Source: Macrostomum lignano (Eukaryota). From it: a DNA stretch of 64,000 nt. The stretch spans positions 1,116,001 to 1,180,000 of the forward strand of contig NIVC01000037.1 of NCBI GenBank assembly GCA_002269645.1, read 5' to 3'. Within the stretch, counting starts at the first letter, position 1. Each line of letters starts with the position of its first letter. A program made the translations under genes and the position numbers. This document shows positions 11,512-25,519 of the stretch, in pieces. The notes below the pieces were generated by a model. It worked only from the letters and a program-made list of their open reading frames with translations, made no database searches and was not told the origin of the DNA.

Positions 11512-14500
11512 ATGCCAGCTACAGCGGCTCCGCAGCCGCAGCGGCAGCCGCCGCCCAGTCTGCCGGTGTCGCGCGGTTCGGTGATCGATTCTGAGCTCGA
11601 AGCGCTGATGCGGGCGCATCCTGAGCGAACTCGCGAGCTGCTGTACGGATTGTACAACATCCCGACGCCTGGATTGGTTGCCGAGGAGCAGGCGGCCGCT
11701 GCGGCGGCGGCTGCCGAAGCTGCCGGTCCGAAGGGCCGATTGGGAAAGTCGCACTATCAGGACACGTACATCGCCAAGGAGCTGCGGAAACGGTCTAGCA
11801 AGCGACCACCGCCGGCTGGCGGCGGCGGCGGCAAGCGGAGCCAGGCGATGAGCTGGGACACCTCGCAGCGGGCCGACTTCGTGCCCAAGGACTTGAGGGC
11901 GGCTCGGAACGAGCCGGTGCAAAAGAAAGGAGGCGACGGAGACGGGCCTTCTTGGGTGTGGCGTGACCAGATGGGCGACAAACGGGCTACCGTGTATCAG
12001 GTAATTGGGAGGCTGGATCATGGGATTCCAGCTGTCTGAGTCAGGTGGTTTCGGGTCTCTGAGTCTTGTAGTTCCAGGTCTATAAGTCTTGTGGTTTCAG
12101 GTCTATGAGTCTTGTGGTTTCAGATCTATGAGTCTTGTGGCTTCACGTCTCTGAGTCTTGTGGTTTCAGATCTCTGAGTCTTGTGATTTCAGATCTCTGA
12201 GTCTTGTGGTTTCAGATCTCTGAGTCTTGTGATTTCAGATCTCTGAGTCTTGTGGTTTCAGATCTGTGAGTCTTGTGGTTTCAGATCTCTGAAGTCTTGT
12301 GGTTTCAGGTCTATAAGTCTTGTGGTTTCAGGTCTCTGAGTCTTGTGGTTTCAGGTCTATAAGTCTTGTGATTTCAGATCTCTGAGTCTTGTGGTTTCAG
12401 ATCTGTGAGTCTTGTGGTTTCAGATCTCTGAAGTCTTGTGGTTTCAGGTCTATAAGTCTTGTGGTTTCAGGTCTCTGAGTCTTGTGGTTTCAGGTCTATA
12501 AGTCTTGTGATTTCAGATCTCTGAGTCTTGTGGTTTCAGATCTCTGAGTCTTGTGATTTCAGATCTCTGAGTCTTGTGGTTTCAGATCTCTGAGTTTTTT
12601 AGTTCCAGGTCTCTGAGTCTTGTGGTTTCAGATCTCTGAGTCTTGTGGCTTCACGTCTCTGAGTCTTGTGGTTTCAGGTCTTTGAGTCTTGTGGTTTCAG
12701 ATCTCTGAGTCTTGTGGTTTCAGGTCTATAAGTCTTGTGGTTTCAGGTCTATGAGTCTTGTGATTTCAGTTCTATAAGTCTTGTGGTTTCAGGTCTCTGA
12801 GTCTTGTGGTTTCAGGTCTATAAGTCTTGTGGTTTCAGGTCTATGAGTCTTGTGATTTCAGATCTCTGAGTCTTGTGGTTTCAGATCTGTGAGTCTTGTG
12901 GTTTCAGATCTCTGAAGTCTTGTGGTTTCAGGTCTATAAGTCTTGTGGTTTCAGGTCTCTGAGTCTTGTGGTTTCAGGTCTATAAGTCTTGTGATTTCAG
13001 ATCTCTGAGTCTTGTGGTTTCAGATCTCTGAGTCTTGTGATTTCAGATCTCTGAGTCTTGTGGTTTCAGATCTCTGAGTTTTTTAGTTCCAGGTCTCTGA
13101 GTCTTGTGGTTTCAGATCTCTGAGTCTTGTGGCTTCACGTCTCTGAGTCTTGTGGTTTCAGGTCTTTGAGTCTTGTGGTTTCAGATCTCTGAGTCTTGTG
13201 GTTTCAGGTCTATAAGTCTTGTGGTTTCAGGTCTATGAGTCTTGTGATTTCAGGTCTATAAGTCTTGTGGTTTCAGGTCTCTGAGTCTTGTGATTTCAGA
13301 TCTCTGAGTCTTGTGGTTTCAGATCTGTGAGTCTTGTGGTTTCAGATCTCTGAAGTCTTGTGGTTTCAGGTCTATAAGTCTTGTGGTTTCAGGTCTCTGA
13401 GTCTTGTGGTTTCAGGTCTATAAGTCTTGTGATTTCAGATCTCTGAGTCTTGTGGTTTCAGATCTCTGAGTCTGTGGTTTCAGATCTCTGAGTTTTTTAG
13501 TTCCAGGTCTCTGAGTCTTGTGGTTTCAGATCTCTGAGTCTTGTGGCTTCACGTCTCTGAGTCTTGTGGTTTCAGGTCTTTGAGTCTTGTGGTTTCAGAT
13601 CTCTGAGTCTTGTGGTTTCAGGTCTATAAGTCTTGTGGTTTCAGGTCTATGAGTCTTGTGATTTCAGGTCTATAAGTCTTGTGGTTTCAGGTCTCTGAGT
13701 CTTGTGGTTTCAGGTCTATAAGTCTTGTGGTTTCAGGTCTATGAGTCTTGTGATTTCAGATCTCTGAGTCTTGTGGTTTCAGGTCTCTGAGTCTTGTGGT
13801 TTCAGGTCTATAAGTCTTGTGATTTCAGACCTCTGAGTCTTGTGGTTTCAGATCTCTGAGTTTTTTATTTCCAGGTCTCTGAGTCTTGTGGTTTCAGATC
13901 TCTGAGTCTGTGGTTTCAGATCTCTGAGTCTTGTGGTTTCAGGTCTATGAGTCTTGTGGTTTCAGTCTGAGTCAGGTAATTCCAGGTGTCTGAGTCAGGT
14001 AATTCCAGGTGTCTGAGTCAAATAATTCCAGGTGTCTGAGTCAGGTAATTCCAGGTGTCTGAGTCAGGTAATTCCAGGTGTCTAAGTCAAATAATTCCAG
14101 GTGTCTGAGTCAGGTAATTCCAGGTGTCTGAGTCAAATAATTCCAGGTGTCTGAGTCAGGTAATTCCAGGTGTCTGAGTCAGGTAATTCCAGGTGTCTGA
14201 GTCAAATAATTCCAGGTGTCTGAGTCAGGTAATTCCAGGTGTCTGAGTCAGGTAATTCCAGGTGTCTGAGTCAAATAATTCCAGGTGTCTGAGTCAGGTA
14301 ATTCCAGGTGTCTGAGTCAGGTAATTCCAGGTGTCTGAGTCAAATAATTCCAGGTGTCTGAGTCAGGTAATTCCAGGTGTCTGAGTCAGGTAATTCCAGG
14401 TGTCTGAGTCAAATAATTCCAGGTGTCTGGTTCAGACTTACCAGTATTATTCCTGATGTTTAGGCCATAAATGATGTGATAGGGGGTTATTTGCAGTCTC

Positions 14501-17500
14501 AATACTCCGTTGTCATTCCCGCCGCCCTCTCGTCTTTGTTCAGGACGAATACAAAGAGCGTCCGCTCGGCCCGGTAGAGCACCGCAAGCCGGACGCTGTC
14601 CGAGGCGGCGCCGGCAGGGTGCTGGTGGCAAACGGCCAATTTCAAGGCCAGACAACCAGCATGGCCGACTACAAAGGCTGGAGCACTGGCCGGAATCCGA
14701 TTCGCTACGGCGAGATGCCCGAATTTATGGGCTCGGTGCTCAACCCGGGCAGGGCCAGGGAGCTGGAGACTGTCAATCAATCTACTTACAAGGGTGAGAG
14801 CTGGGGCTGGAGCAGTGCTGAGGTTACTGAGCACTCTGTGAACACGTCTCTTAGGCTACTGGGCACTCTGAGAACTCGCCTCTTAGGCTACTGGGCACTC
14901 TGAGCAGTCGCCTCTTAGGCTACTGAGCACTCTGAGCAGTCGCTTCTTAGGCTACTGAACACTCTGAGCACTCGCCTGTTAGGCTACTGATGAACACTCT
15001 GAGCACTCGTCTCTTAGGCTACTGAGCACTGAGCACTAGACCCTTAAGCTACTGGGGCAGTGCTGAGTCTACTGAGCTAACTTGACTCCCCCTTTTACTT
15101 CGAAGGTCCTCGCGGCGTTCCTGCCATACCGGCCGTGCCGGCGGTCGGCAATCTGGCACTGGACGGTGTCCAGGACTTCACCACGGTGAACAGGGACACC
15201 TACCGACCGATGCCCCCTGGGCTGAGCCGGCCGCCACCGGCCCGCCAGAGCAACGAGGCGGTGATGGAGCGCAAGCTGCCGATGCACTCGGAGACGCAGA
15301 CCAGGGCGGATTTCAAAGGCTACGATACCAGGCAGTTCAAGCGGTCGGAGAGGTCCCAGCCTCCCGAAGCGATGGTGGATTTAAAGTGAGAAAAAATCTT
15401 AGCTGGCTCCTTTTAGTAGATTAGAATTTGATATGCATGTATTCAATTTTGATGATAAATTCGGGCGAAGTTTTTGTGAGATTTATGATATCCATTGATC
15501 TATGGAGTGAGATTTATGAGAACTATTGATCTATGGGGGTGAGATTTATGAGACCTATTGATCTATGGGGTGAGATTTGTGATATCCATTGATCTATGGG
15601 GGTGAGATTTATGATATCCATTGATCTATGGTGGTGAGATTTATGAGACCTATTGATCTATGGGGGTGAGATTTATGAGACCTATTGATCTATGGGGGTG
15701 AGATTTATGAGACCTATTGATCTATGGGGGTGAGATTTATGAGACCTATTGATCTATGGGGGTGAGATTTATGAGACCTATTGATCTATCGGGTGAGATT
15801 TATGATATCCATTGATATATAGGGTAATTTTTTTTACTCCGTCATTCAAAGGAGGGTGAGATTATAGAGTCCGTTAATCTTTACGGGATGAGATACTGTT
15901 GTCAATTGTGAAGTGTTGGGGTGAGATTCCACTCTGCTACTCCCGTCGCCTCGCAGATACGATCGCAACGGTTACTGGAATACGGAGCAGCGTCATGAGT
16001 TCCGCGGTGTCGACGTAACTCATCACCCCGTGCCGGCCAGCTTCAAGAAGGACCCGAGTCAGTACACAGCTCCAGAGGGCCGCATGGAGGGCGAGTCGAC
16101 TAGCCATCTGGACTACCAAACCAAGGACCTGCGGTGGGGGAATGAGTCTTCTTTTTTGGAAAATCATTTTGTATTTGACACCTGGTTATTTAAGATGACA
16201 CCAGGTTATATGAGTCTGACCCCTGGTTATTTGAGTTTGACACCAGGTTATTTGGTTTTGACACCAGGTTATTTGAGTTTGACACCAGGTTATTTGAGTC
16301 TGACACCAGGTTATTTGAGTCTAACACCAGGTTATTTGGTTTTGACACCCGGTTATTTGAGTTTGACACCAGGTTATTTGAGTCTGACACCAGGTTATTT
16401 GGTTTTGACACCCGGTTATTTGAGTTTGACACCAGGTTATTTGGTTTTGACACCAGGTTATTTGAGTCTGACACCTGGTTATTTGAGTTTGACACCAGGT
16501 TATTTGAGTTTGACACCAGGTTATTTGGTTTTGATACCAGGTTATTTGGTTTTGACACCAGGTTATTTGAGTTTGACACCAGGTTATTTGAGTCTGACAC
16601 CAGGTTATTTGAGTCTGACACCAGGTTATTTGAGTCTGACACCAGGTTATTTGAGTCTGACACCTGGTTATTTGAGTTTGACACCAGGTTATTTGAGTTT
16701 GACACCTGGTTATTTGAGTCTGACCCCTGGTTATTTGAGTTTGACACCAGGTTATTTGAGTCTGACACCAGGTTATTTGAGTCTGACACCAGGTTATTTG
16801 GTTTTGACACCTGGTTATTTGGTTTTGACACCTGGTTATTTGGTTTTGACACCAGGTTATTTGAGTTTGACACCAGGTTATTTGAGTCTGACACCAGGTT
16901 ATTTGAGTCTGACACCTGGTTATTTGAGTTTGCCACCAGGTTATTTGAGTTTGACACCTGGTTATTTGATTTCTACAACTGATCCTCAGTTTGTGGCCTT
17001 TGGTCTGCAGTTTAGGACACGTTGTTTTTAGTTTGTGACACATGGTCCTCAGTTTGTGACACATGGTCCTCAGTTTGTGACACATGGTCCTCAGTTTGTG
17101 ACACATGGTCCTCTGTTTGTGACACATTGTAGTTTGTGACACATGGGTCCTCAGTTTGTGACACATGGTCCTCAGTTTGTGACACATGGTCCTCAGTTTG
17201 TGACACATGGTCCTCAGTTTGTGACACATGGTCCTCAGTTTGTGACACATTGTAGTTTGTGACACATGGGTCCTCAGTTTGTGACACATTGTTCTCAGTT
17301 TGTGACACATGGTCCTCAGTTTGTGACACATGGTCCTCAGTTTGTGACACATGGTCCTCTGTTTGTGACACATTGTAGTTTGTGACACATGGGTCCTCAG
17401 TTTGTGACACATGGTCCTCAGTTTGTGACACATGGGTCCTCAGTTTGTGACACATGGTCCTCAGTTTGTGACACATGGTCCTCAGTTTGTGACACATGGT

Positions 17501-18426
17501 CCTCAGTTTGTGACACATGGTCCTCAGTTTGTGACACATGGTCCTCAGTTTGTGACACATTGTAGTTTGTGACACATGGGTCCTCAGTTTGTGGCACATT
17601 GTTCTCAGTTTGTGACACATTGTTCTCAGTTTGTGACACATTGTCCTCAGTTTGTGACACATTGTCCTCAGTTTGTAACACATTGTCCTCAGTTCGTGAC
17701 ACATTGTCCTCAGTTCGTGACACATTGTCCTCAGTTTGTGACACATTAACCTCAGTTTGTGACACATTGTCCTCAGTTTGTGACACATTGTCCTCAGTTT
17801 GTGACACATTGTCCTCAGTTTGTGACACATTGTCCTCAGTTCGTGACACATTGTCCTCAGTTCGTGACACATTATCCTCAGTTTGTGACACATTAACCTC
17901 AGTTTGTGACACATTGTCCTCAGTTTGTGACACATTGTCCTCAGTTTGTGACACATGGTCCTCAGCATGCATATCCGTCACCCACCGCCTCGGCAGGGAG
18001 GCCTACCGAGAGCGAGTGAAGCCCCCGGAAGCCAGCACCAGATTCGCCGGCAAGTTCGCCTCGGAAACCACCAGCTCGGAGGCCTATCGCCGGGCAGCTG
18101 CGGAGCCGGTGTCCCCCCGGATGCGCCACGGTGATTTTCACCTGGCCTATCATAATGTGCCGAAGTTCGACAGGTTGGAGGGCGATTCCGAGACCCGGTC
18201 CAGCTTCGTCGCCAAGCCGCTGGCCCCGACGGTTTCGTTTAAGCCGGTGGTCACCGCGGCGCCAACAGACGGCGAGCGCGACTTTGACACGGTGTACAAA
18301 TCCGTGTACAAGCCGCCGCGGTTCCGTCTCACCCGGGAGCAGGCAGCCGCCGTCAAGGCCGAGCTTCGAAGGCTGGAAGCAGCGCGCAGCTGCCACCCCG
18401 CGCTGCCCGGCATTGCCAAGGCCTGA
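11512..18426 (+). CDS. SAXO/FAM154-family stabilizer of axonemal microtubules (Mn-motif repeat protein)
   Basis: join(11512..12000,14544..14793,15106..15385,15957..16133,17997..18426), phases consistent. About 12 repeated T/S-x-x-x-x-D/E-F/Y motifs (SHYQDTY, TSQRADF, TVYQDEY, TTSMADY, TQTRADF, TEQRHEF, STSHLDY, TTSSEAY) are typical of SAXO proteins. Confidence 0.8.
12040..13965. repeat. 23-bp minisatellite (gagtcttgtggtttcagatctct) with higher-order duplications, SAXO intron 1
   Basis: About 80 units. The variant marker cttcacgtc recurs at 12652, 13136 and 13550. Confidence 0.95.
13966..14425. repeat. 23-bp minisatellite (gagtcaggtaattccaggtgtct), SAXO intron 1
   Basis: About 20 units directly abutting the previous array. 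Confidence 0.95.
14810..15065. repeat. Degenerate tandem repeat (gagcactcgcctcttaggctactg-like), SAXO intron 2
   Basis: About 8 diverged units. Confidence 0.8.
15470..15820. repeat. 32-bp minisatellite (gtgagatttatgagacctattgatctatgggg), SAXO intron 3
   Basis: About 10 units. Period 32 measured between 15666 and 15698. Confidence 0.9.
16180..16965. repeat. 21-bp minisatellite (tgacaccaggttatttgagtt), SAXO intron 4
   Basis: About 37 units. Source of the LTPGYLS pseudo-ORF. Confidence 0.95.
16985..17965. repeat. 21-bp minisatellite (cagtttgtgacacatggtcct), SAXO intron 4
   Basis: About 45 units, ending about 30 nt before the acceptor at 17996. Confidence 0.95.
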
Positions 18427-19784
18427 AGCAACAGCAATTGTGATTGGACTTTTCTGAGAGGACGGTTTTAATTGGGCCGACGCTATTGGTTGGCTGGTGT
18501 GTGTGGTGTGAGGTGGTTGTCTATACAGGGGTAGGGGAGTAGGAGTGGCACCAGTGTCAGCCAATCAAAATCAAGCAGAGTAAACTTGAGTATATGCAAG
18601 TCTCGACTTGATATGATTGGAATATCGTTTAGAAGTTAAAAAATAACAAATTTAACTTTCAAGCCACAAAACAAAATTTCTCGACTTGCACTTTTTAAAT
18701 CCTATAATTTGCCGTGCTTCTTCAAAATATTAATAAGAATGCGATGTCACACAATCGATTGCGTTGAAGTTAATCCATATGGTTTCGATAATTTCTGCTA
18801 TTAGATATTTACTGTTGTTGCACACAGACGTATAAAGAGTAATGGATTGTGCTTATGCAAAGAAACTATTTTCTCGTAGTTTGTCGTCTGATTCTTACAT
18901 TTTTATTATCAAATAAAACAGCTTTAAAAAATAATTTTATGGTGGTATTTAAACCTTAAAACAAAGATGCCGTTCTTTTGTTATTTTTTTTTATTTATTA
19001 CAATACGAATCAAAGCAAATCTTCTGATTCTGAATATTAATAATTGTTCAAGAAATAAAATTTACAAATTGAAATGTTAATCAAAAAAGCAGAAATGGAA
19101 AGTTTAAACACGGCGAAATAACAAATAAAGTCTTAGGAGCAAAAAAATTCTGTACAGCTAAATGCGTTGGCCGTTAAGAGATGCAGGCATGTGCAAAAGT
19201 TTTTAATGCAAGAAATTATAAAAAGCAAAACACTGAAATGATAGAAATTTAAACAAATATTAATCCACACAGAAAAGTTACTGTTTTTTGCATGCTAAAA
19301 AGAGAATGCGACATAGACTGCACAGTTATAATTAATTATTAGCAGCGGACACACTAGCCAAGCATTAATAACCCAATTGGATTGTAGCCAATAGTTCTGG
19401 AATTAGATGATTTAAACGCAGATTATTAGTTCCACAATTATTTTATAGCACTATTTATTACAGTAGCAGGAAATGTTGTAATAAAAATTAATTTTATTAA
19501 CTAAATTAGCTTACAATAAACTGCAGCATAGAGAATTAGCCAGTTAAACCAAATTTCAACTCAAAATTAACAGCTAAGTATTAGAAAATGAGCGCAGTGA
19601 GCAAACACAGAAATAAAAAGGAAAATATATCATCAAAACAACGTGCCCAATATGGTTAAAGGCTTAACAGACAGGTGGACATAATTTCGGGCAGCAATAT
19701 TACTCAGTGAATCGCAAAAATCTCGGATGCTTTAGAGCATGTTTTATCATTTCCGAACTGGCAGCAGATTTTTCTGGTTTTGTG

Positions 19785-20235
19785 AAAGTGGGTTTCTGTT
19801 GTTTCTCAAGGAAAGTGGGTTTCCATGTGCTTCTCAAAAAAAGTGGGTTTCCCGGTTTCTGTATTTCTAGGAAATACGATTTCTAAATTGGATTTTTATG
19901 TTTCTAGGAAACTGAGCTTCCGGGTTTCTAGGAAAGTGGGTTTTTCGGGTTTCTAAGAAAATGGATTTCTGTGCTTCTAAGAAAGTGAGCTTCCGAGTTT
20001 CTAGGAAAGCGGGTTTTCGGGTTTCTAGGAAAGTGGGTTCCGGGTTTCTAAGAAAATGGGTTTCTGTGCTTCTAAGAAACTGAGCTTCCGGGTTTCTAGG
20101 AAAGTGTGTTTCCGGGTTTCTAAGAAAATGGGTTTCTGTGCTTCTAAGAAACTGAGCTTCCGAGTTTCTAGGAAAGCGGGTTTCCGGGTTTCGAGAAAAT
20201 GGGTTTCTGTGCTTCTAGAAAAAGTGGGTTTCGAG
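19785..20235. repeat. Degenerate about 21-bp repeat (ggtttctaggaaagtgggtttcc-like) downstream of nanos
   Basis: Recurring tttctaggaaa / tttctaagaaa units. Confidence 0.75.
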
Positions 20236-20471
20236 ACATGTCGGCAATTGGAATTTCAAGAACATCGAAAATCATGCTCGCGATTCACTTCTCTGTACAA
20301 AAGTACAAATTATTATAGTTTGAAATTTACAAGTAAACAAAGAAAAAATGTTTTAACTTGATTGACACTTGATTGACGTATCTAATTAGCTGAGCTTGCA
20401 ATGGCTAGATATTAAAATCATAAAAACCGACACAGTCAGAGACGGCAAATCTCACCGATGCTGCTAGACAG

Positions 20472-23400
20472 TCAGCCTCGACGGCTAATGCTCATCGAGC
20501 TCCGGGCTCCGGCGATGCGAGACACCTGCAGACTGCCCAGCTGCGGCGGCGGGGGCTGCTGATCAATCAGCTGCTCGCCCGACTGATGGTTGCCGTTGCC
20601 ATGGGGACAGTATTTGATTGTGTGCGCCTTGTTGCCGGTGGCACCGCAGATCGGACAGGCGTACCTGCTCAGGTCGGGGGCGGTGGGTGGCTTGGCGCTT
20701 TGAGAATGGCTGAGTCGGGATTGACGGACTCATTGATTGGCCTACCAATTTTAATAGGTTTACAACTCCATTTTATAGGGATTAATTATGGCTAGAGCCA
20801 TTTAGATCGCTTATTGTGGGTTTCTGTAGTACTTTGATAGCTTTTTTGTCTGGCTTGAGGGTTTATGGCTCAGCTTGATTGATTTATGGCTCAGTCTGGT
20901 TTGTTTATGGCTCAGTCTGGTTTGTTTATGGCTCAGTCTGGTTGGTTTATGGCTCAGTCTGATTGGTTTATGGCTCAGTCTGGTTTGTTTATGGCTCAGT
21001 CTGGTTTGTTTATGGCTCAGTCTGGTTTGTTTATGGCTCAGTCTGGTTGGTTTATGGCTCAGTCTGATTGGTTTATGGCTCAGTCTGGTTTGTTTATGGC
21101 TCAGTCTGATGGGTTGATGGCTCAGTCTGATGGGTTTATGGCTCAGTCTGATGGTTTATGGCTCAGTCTGATGGTTTATGGCTCAGTCTGATGGGTTTAT
21201 GGCTCAGTCTGATGGTTTATGGCTCAGCCTGATGGGTTTATGGCTCAGCCTGATGGGTTTATGGTTCAGTCTGGTTGGTTTATGGTTCAGTCTGGTTGGT
21301 TTATGGTTCAGTCTGGTTGGTTTATGGCTCAGTCTGGTTTGTTTATGGCTCAGTCTGGTTTGTTTATGGCTCAGTCTGGTTTGTTTATGGCTCAGTCTGA
21401 TTGGTTTATGGCTCAGTCTGGTTTGTTTATGGCTCAGTCTGGTTTGTTTATTGCTCAGTCTGGTTTGTTTATGGCTCAGTCTGGTTTGTTTATTGCTCAG
21501 TCTGGTTGGTTTATGGTTCAGTCTGATGGGTTGATGGTTCAGTCAGATTGGTTTCTGGCTCAGTCTGGTTGGTTTATGGTTCAGTCTGATGGGTTGATGG
21601 TTCAGTCAGATTGGTTTCTGGCTCAGTCTGGTTGGTTTATGGCTCAGTCTGATGGGTTGATGGTTCACTCGGACTGGTTTATCCCGACTTTCCCCCAAAT
21701 TTGATGCGTTTGCTTGGCTTGATTTTTGCTGTTGTGGTTCGGGGCAATAATATCGCTTGAATAGTGAGTTTATTGTTTATCTTAAAATTCATAGCCTTTT
21801 TACGGTTTCAATTTGGTTTGTACTTTATGGTTATGCTTTAAGGTTTATGGCTTAATTTGATGGGCTTAAAGCTTGAATTATCGATTGGTTTATTACTTGG
21901 CTTGGGGTTTGTGGTTTAGGGGTTTATGGCTTGGCTTAGGGTTTATAGTAATTTTTGTGATTTACCGCTTAGCCTTATCTATGAATTACCGCCCTTATAA
22001 AATCGCAATTAAAAAATCTGCACTCACTGGAACAGCACAGGGCAGGTGACATTTCCGAACGCGTCAGTCAGCCGGTGACTGGTGTACACGTGAAATGGCT
22101 CCTGATTCTGCCTGCAGAACACGCACAGTTCAATACGCATCTCCCGCTTCTTCTGGTAGTGCATCTTCAGCCTGGTGAGAAAGTTGAGCAGGGTGCCCTT
22201 GTCTATGGCGATCTGGTTGGGCCCGGGGGCACCCACGCCCGGTCCGGGAATGGGAGCGCTGCAGGTAACGGAAGCGATCCACTTGTCAATCTCGTGAGCG
22301 ATGCCCGGTTTGTTCTGCTGCTGCTTTCCGACCGGAGCCACCGGCTGCTGCATGCGCAGGTATTCGTGCTCGCCGACTTGCAAATAGGCCAGGCTGGAGT
22401 CCAGACCTGCGCCTGGCTGATGCGGCTGGTCCCCATACAGCTGGTGGTGCTGCAGAGTGCAGGTACCGGCCGTGGACGAGTGCTTGGAGGAGCCTGCAGT
22501 ATGGCGATATGTTACGTAAATAGCTTCATTGGTGAGGGAAGTACAGGGGCTATACACAGTGGGAGAGGAGAGGGGGAGAGACACGGGGCTACAGGGGGAG
22601 ACGTGAGGCTACAGGGGGAGAGACATGGGGCTACAGGGGAGAGACATGAGACTACAGGGGGAGAGACATGGGGCTACAGGGGAGAGACATGAGACTACAG
22701 GGGGAGAGACATGGGGCTACAGGGGAGAGACATGAGACTACAGGGGGAGAGACATGGGGCTACAGGGGGAGACATGAGGCTACAGGGGGAGAGACATGGG
22801 GCTACAGGGGGAGAGACATGGGGCTACAGGGGAGAGACATGAGACTACAGGGGGAGAGACATGGGGCTACAGGGGGAGACATGAGGCTACAGGGGGAGAG
22901 ACATGGGGCTACAGGGGGAGACATGAGGCTACAGGGGGAGAGACATGGGGCTACAGGGGGAGACATGAGACTACAGGGGGAGAGACATGGGGCTACAGGG
23001 GAGAGACATGAGACTACAGGGGGAGAGACATGGGGCTACAGGGGAGAGACATGAGGCTAGAGGGGGGAGACATGAGGCTACAGGGAGAGAGACATGAGAC
23101 TACAGGGGGAGAGACATGAGACTATGCAGTACAGAGGAGTGACAGGTTATGCAGGCTACAGTGGAGTGACAGGCTATACAGGCTACATGGGAGTGACAGG
23201 CTATACATGGGAGTGACAGGCTATACATGGGAGTGACAGGCTATACATGGGAGTGACAGGCTATACAGGGAAGGGACAGGCAATACAGGGGAAGGTGACA
23301 GGCTATACAGGGGAGTGACAGGCTATACAGGGGAGTGACAGGCTAAAGATGGCATCAAAGGGAGAGACAGGAAGACAGAGACTGAAGCTGCAGATATGAG

Positions 23401-23891
23401 ACTGTGTGGGTTAACTTCTAGGGTCGAGAGATACTGCTATACATGCGTATCGAGAAGACAGGAGAATAAACTCTTGGCCCTTGACCCCCACCCTTGGATC
23501 CGCCACGGAGAAAAGTTCTGACTTCTGTCTCTCCCTTTGACCCCGCCTGGATCCACCAAGGACCATTAGAAACACACGCTAATATCTCACCTAGCTGCAT
23601 TAGCGAACTCTGCTGATAGTTGCAATTAAACGAGGGAGCACTCGGCGATAGCAGACTTATCGGTCTGGCTGGCTTGTTACAGCTAGCATTGGTGTTGGCA
23701 GTCGATGAAGCGGGTAGCTGATTGGAGACCGAGGTGTCGCGGTCGCGGCTCCACGAAGCAACACTAGCTGCAGACTCGAACGGCGCCAACTTGGCGTCCC
23801 TGTGTTGCTGCTGTTGCTGCATCATGCCAGTGGACCAGACGCCCCAGGCGGCGTGGTGTTCAGTCGATGACAGCTGTTGGTACCCTTGCAT
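20472..23891 (-). CDS. nos: Nanos RNA-binding protein (tandem CCHC zinc fingers)
   Basis: complement join(23591..23891,22028..22493,20472..20664), phases 1 and 2 consistent. ZF1 CVFCRQNQEPFHVYTSHRLTDAFGNVTCPVL and ZF2 QYACPICGATGNKAHTIKYCP. Confidence 0.93.
20862..21665. repeat. 21-bp minisatellite (tttatggctcagtctggtttg), nanos intron 2
   Basis: About 38 units. Confidence 0.95.
22565..23120. repeat. 21-23-bp minisatellite (gagacatggggctacaggggga), nanos intron 1
   Basis: About 25 purine-rich units. Confidence 0.95.
23130..23345. repeat. 20-bp minisatellite (gggagtgacaggctatacat), nanos intron 1
   Basis: About 10 units. Confidence 0.85.
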
Positions 23892-24674
23892 TGTTCTCTT
23901 AATATGTAGATATAACTATTGTGAGCTAACCGTATTTGTTTTGGACAGATCGATTTGAAAATTCCAAAGCAAGGCTGAAACTGTTAAGTTAATATGCAAG
24001 AAAAATCGCACTCTACTTAGTTTTAATTCAACTATTATGATAAGACAAAGAGCTTCAAGCGTGCTGCCTTATATATTCAGCACAGTTGGGTCTGAGAGGC
24101 AGGCCAATTAGCGCCGTTAAAATTGGGTTATGGTCAGCCTCAGCCAATCAGAGGCGTCGGAGAGTTCCGCGGCCTCGGGGTAGGGGTTTGGCGGGGGAGA
24201 GAGTTGGCCACGCGCCTGATAAGTGATAAGGCTGGGCGAAAGTGATGAGTCATCGATAACAGGCGGCGGCAGGCGCAATTAACTTTATTACCAGCCAGCT
24301 AGAGACTAGAAGAGGCGCACAGCAACAAAATTAATTGGCGCCATTATCAGCGCAGCAGCAGGCAGAGGTGCGAAAATTGTTACTCATAGCTACAGTGGCA
24401 GAAAAAATTATCCAGCAGGGCAACCGCAACAACCAAACTATTATTACGAGTTTCTAGAAATTTAATTGGTTCTAATTAACTTAGCCATAAATATTATTTC
24501 GGCCCTATAATGAACAGGACTCTCACTTAGACACTAAACCTGAATTTTCAAAAACTACGGTGGATAATCTAATTGATGTATTGAAACTATTATGTTGTAT
24601 GAATAATGAACTAACCATCTATTTATTCTCATCCATGCATGTACAAGTGTAATGAAAAAATAATAAATTGATGA

Positions 24675-24895
24675 GAGGACCCGCCCCTCTATGCCGAGAC
24701 ACCCAGAGGATCCGCCCCTCTATGCCGAGACACCCAGAGGATCTGCCCCTCTATGCCGAGACACCCAGAGGATCCGCCCCTCTATGCCGAGACACCCAGA
24801 GGATCTGCCCCTCTATGCCGAGACACCCAGAGGATCCGCCCCTCTATGCCGAGACACCCAGAGGATCCGCCCCTCTATGCCAAGAAACCCAGAGA
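24675..24895. repeat. 31-bp minisatellite (gagacacccagaggatccgcccctctatgcc)
   Basis: About 7 units upstream of nanos. Confidence 0.9.
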
Positions 24896-25519
24896 CGAGC
24901 GAGAGCCCCTCAAAACTCGGATAGATAGTAAAAAAACTCAATTGCTTTAACAGAAAGACAGAGCCAAAAATTTGCCGAAAGTCCACCGCATATTATAAGA
25001 AACTTTCGCAGCTTTACACACAGATAGTATAATTCTTGCTATATTTATAATCTCAGTTAATCAATTATACCAAGATATATCATTTCACACGTATATACAA
25101 GCAAGCAGGTAATTAAATAGTATGAAATTACAGACAATCGTTATTAATTTTACAGTAGATAAGACTAAAAAATCAGTGAAAAGCACAATAGAAAGCGAAA
25201 AAAACAATAATAAATATTTTTAGCTGATAAAACAAAGGCTGAACGGCACTGCACAAAAGGGGAAACGAAGCGCGTTTTGTAATAGATAGTAGATATTGCA
25301 TTCTTTACTCCATTTGTCAACACCAAACGCCTTATAGTATGGGTAGTCGGCGCGAGTAACTATGGCTCTATTTCTATACAATAAATCTTCGCCAGCCTAT
25401 TAGTAGTGCAAAGAAATAACTTACGAGAACATTTCAGAGAATCACACTTTAGTAGCACGTATTGGTTAAACATTTTTTTTATTTTTTCTGCTTGGGAAAA
25501 CCGCAATCAACAACCAAAA

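Noticed and set aside
16030-17981. Long repetitive ORFs (LTPGYLS, CHKLRT, SQTEDH)
   Set aside because: They are translations of 21-bp intronic arrays, open in several frames and on both strands. The real SAXO exon ends at the donor after 16133.
20596-20609. X-box-like GTTGCCATGGGGAC in nanos exon 3
   Set aside because: It is explained by the codons for CPHGN and the right half-site is imperfect.
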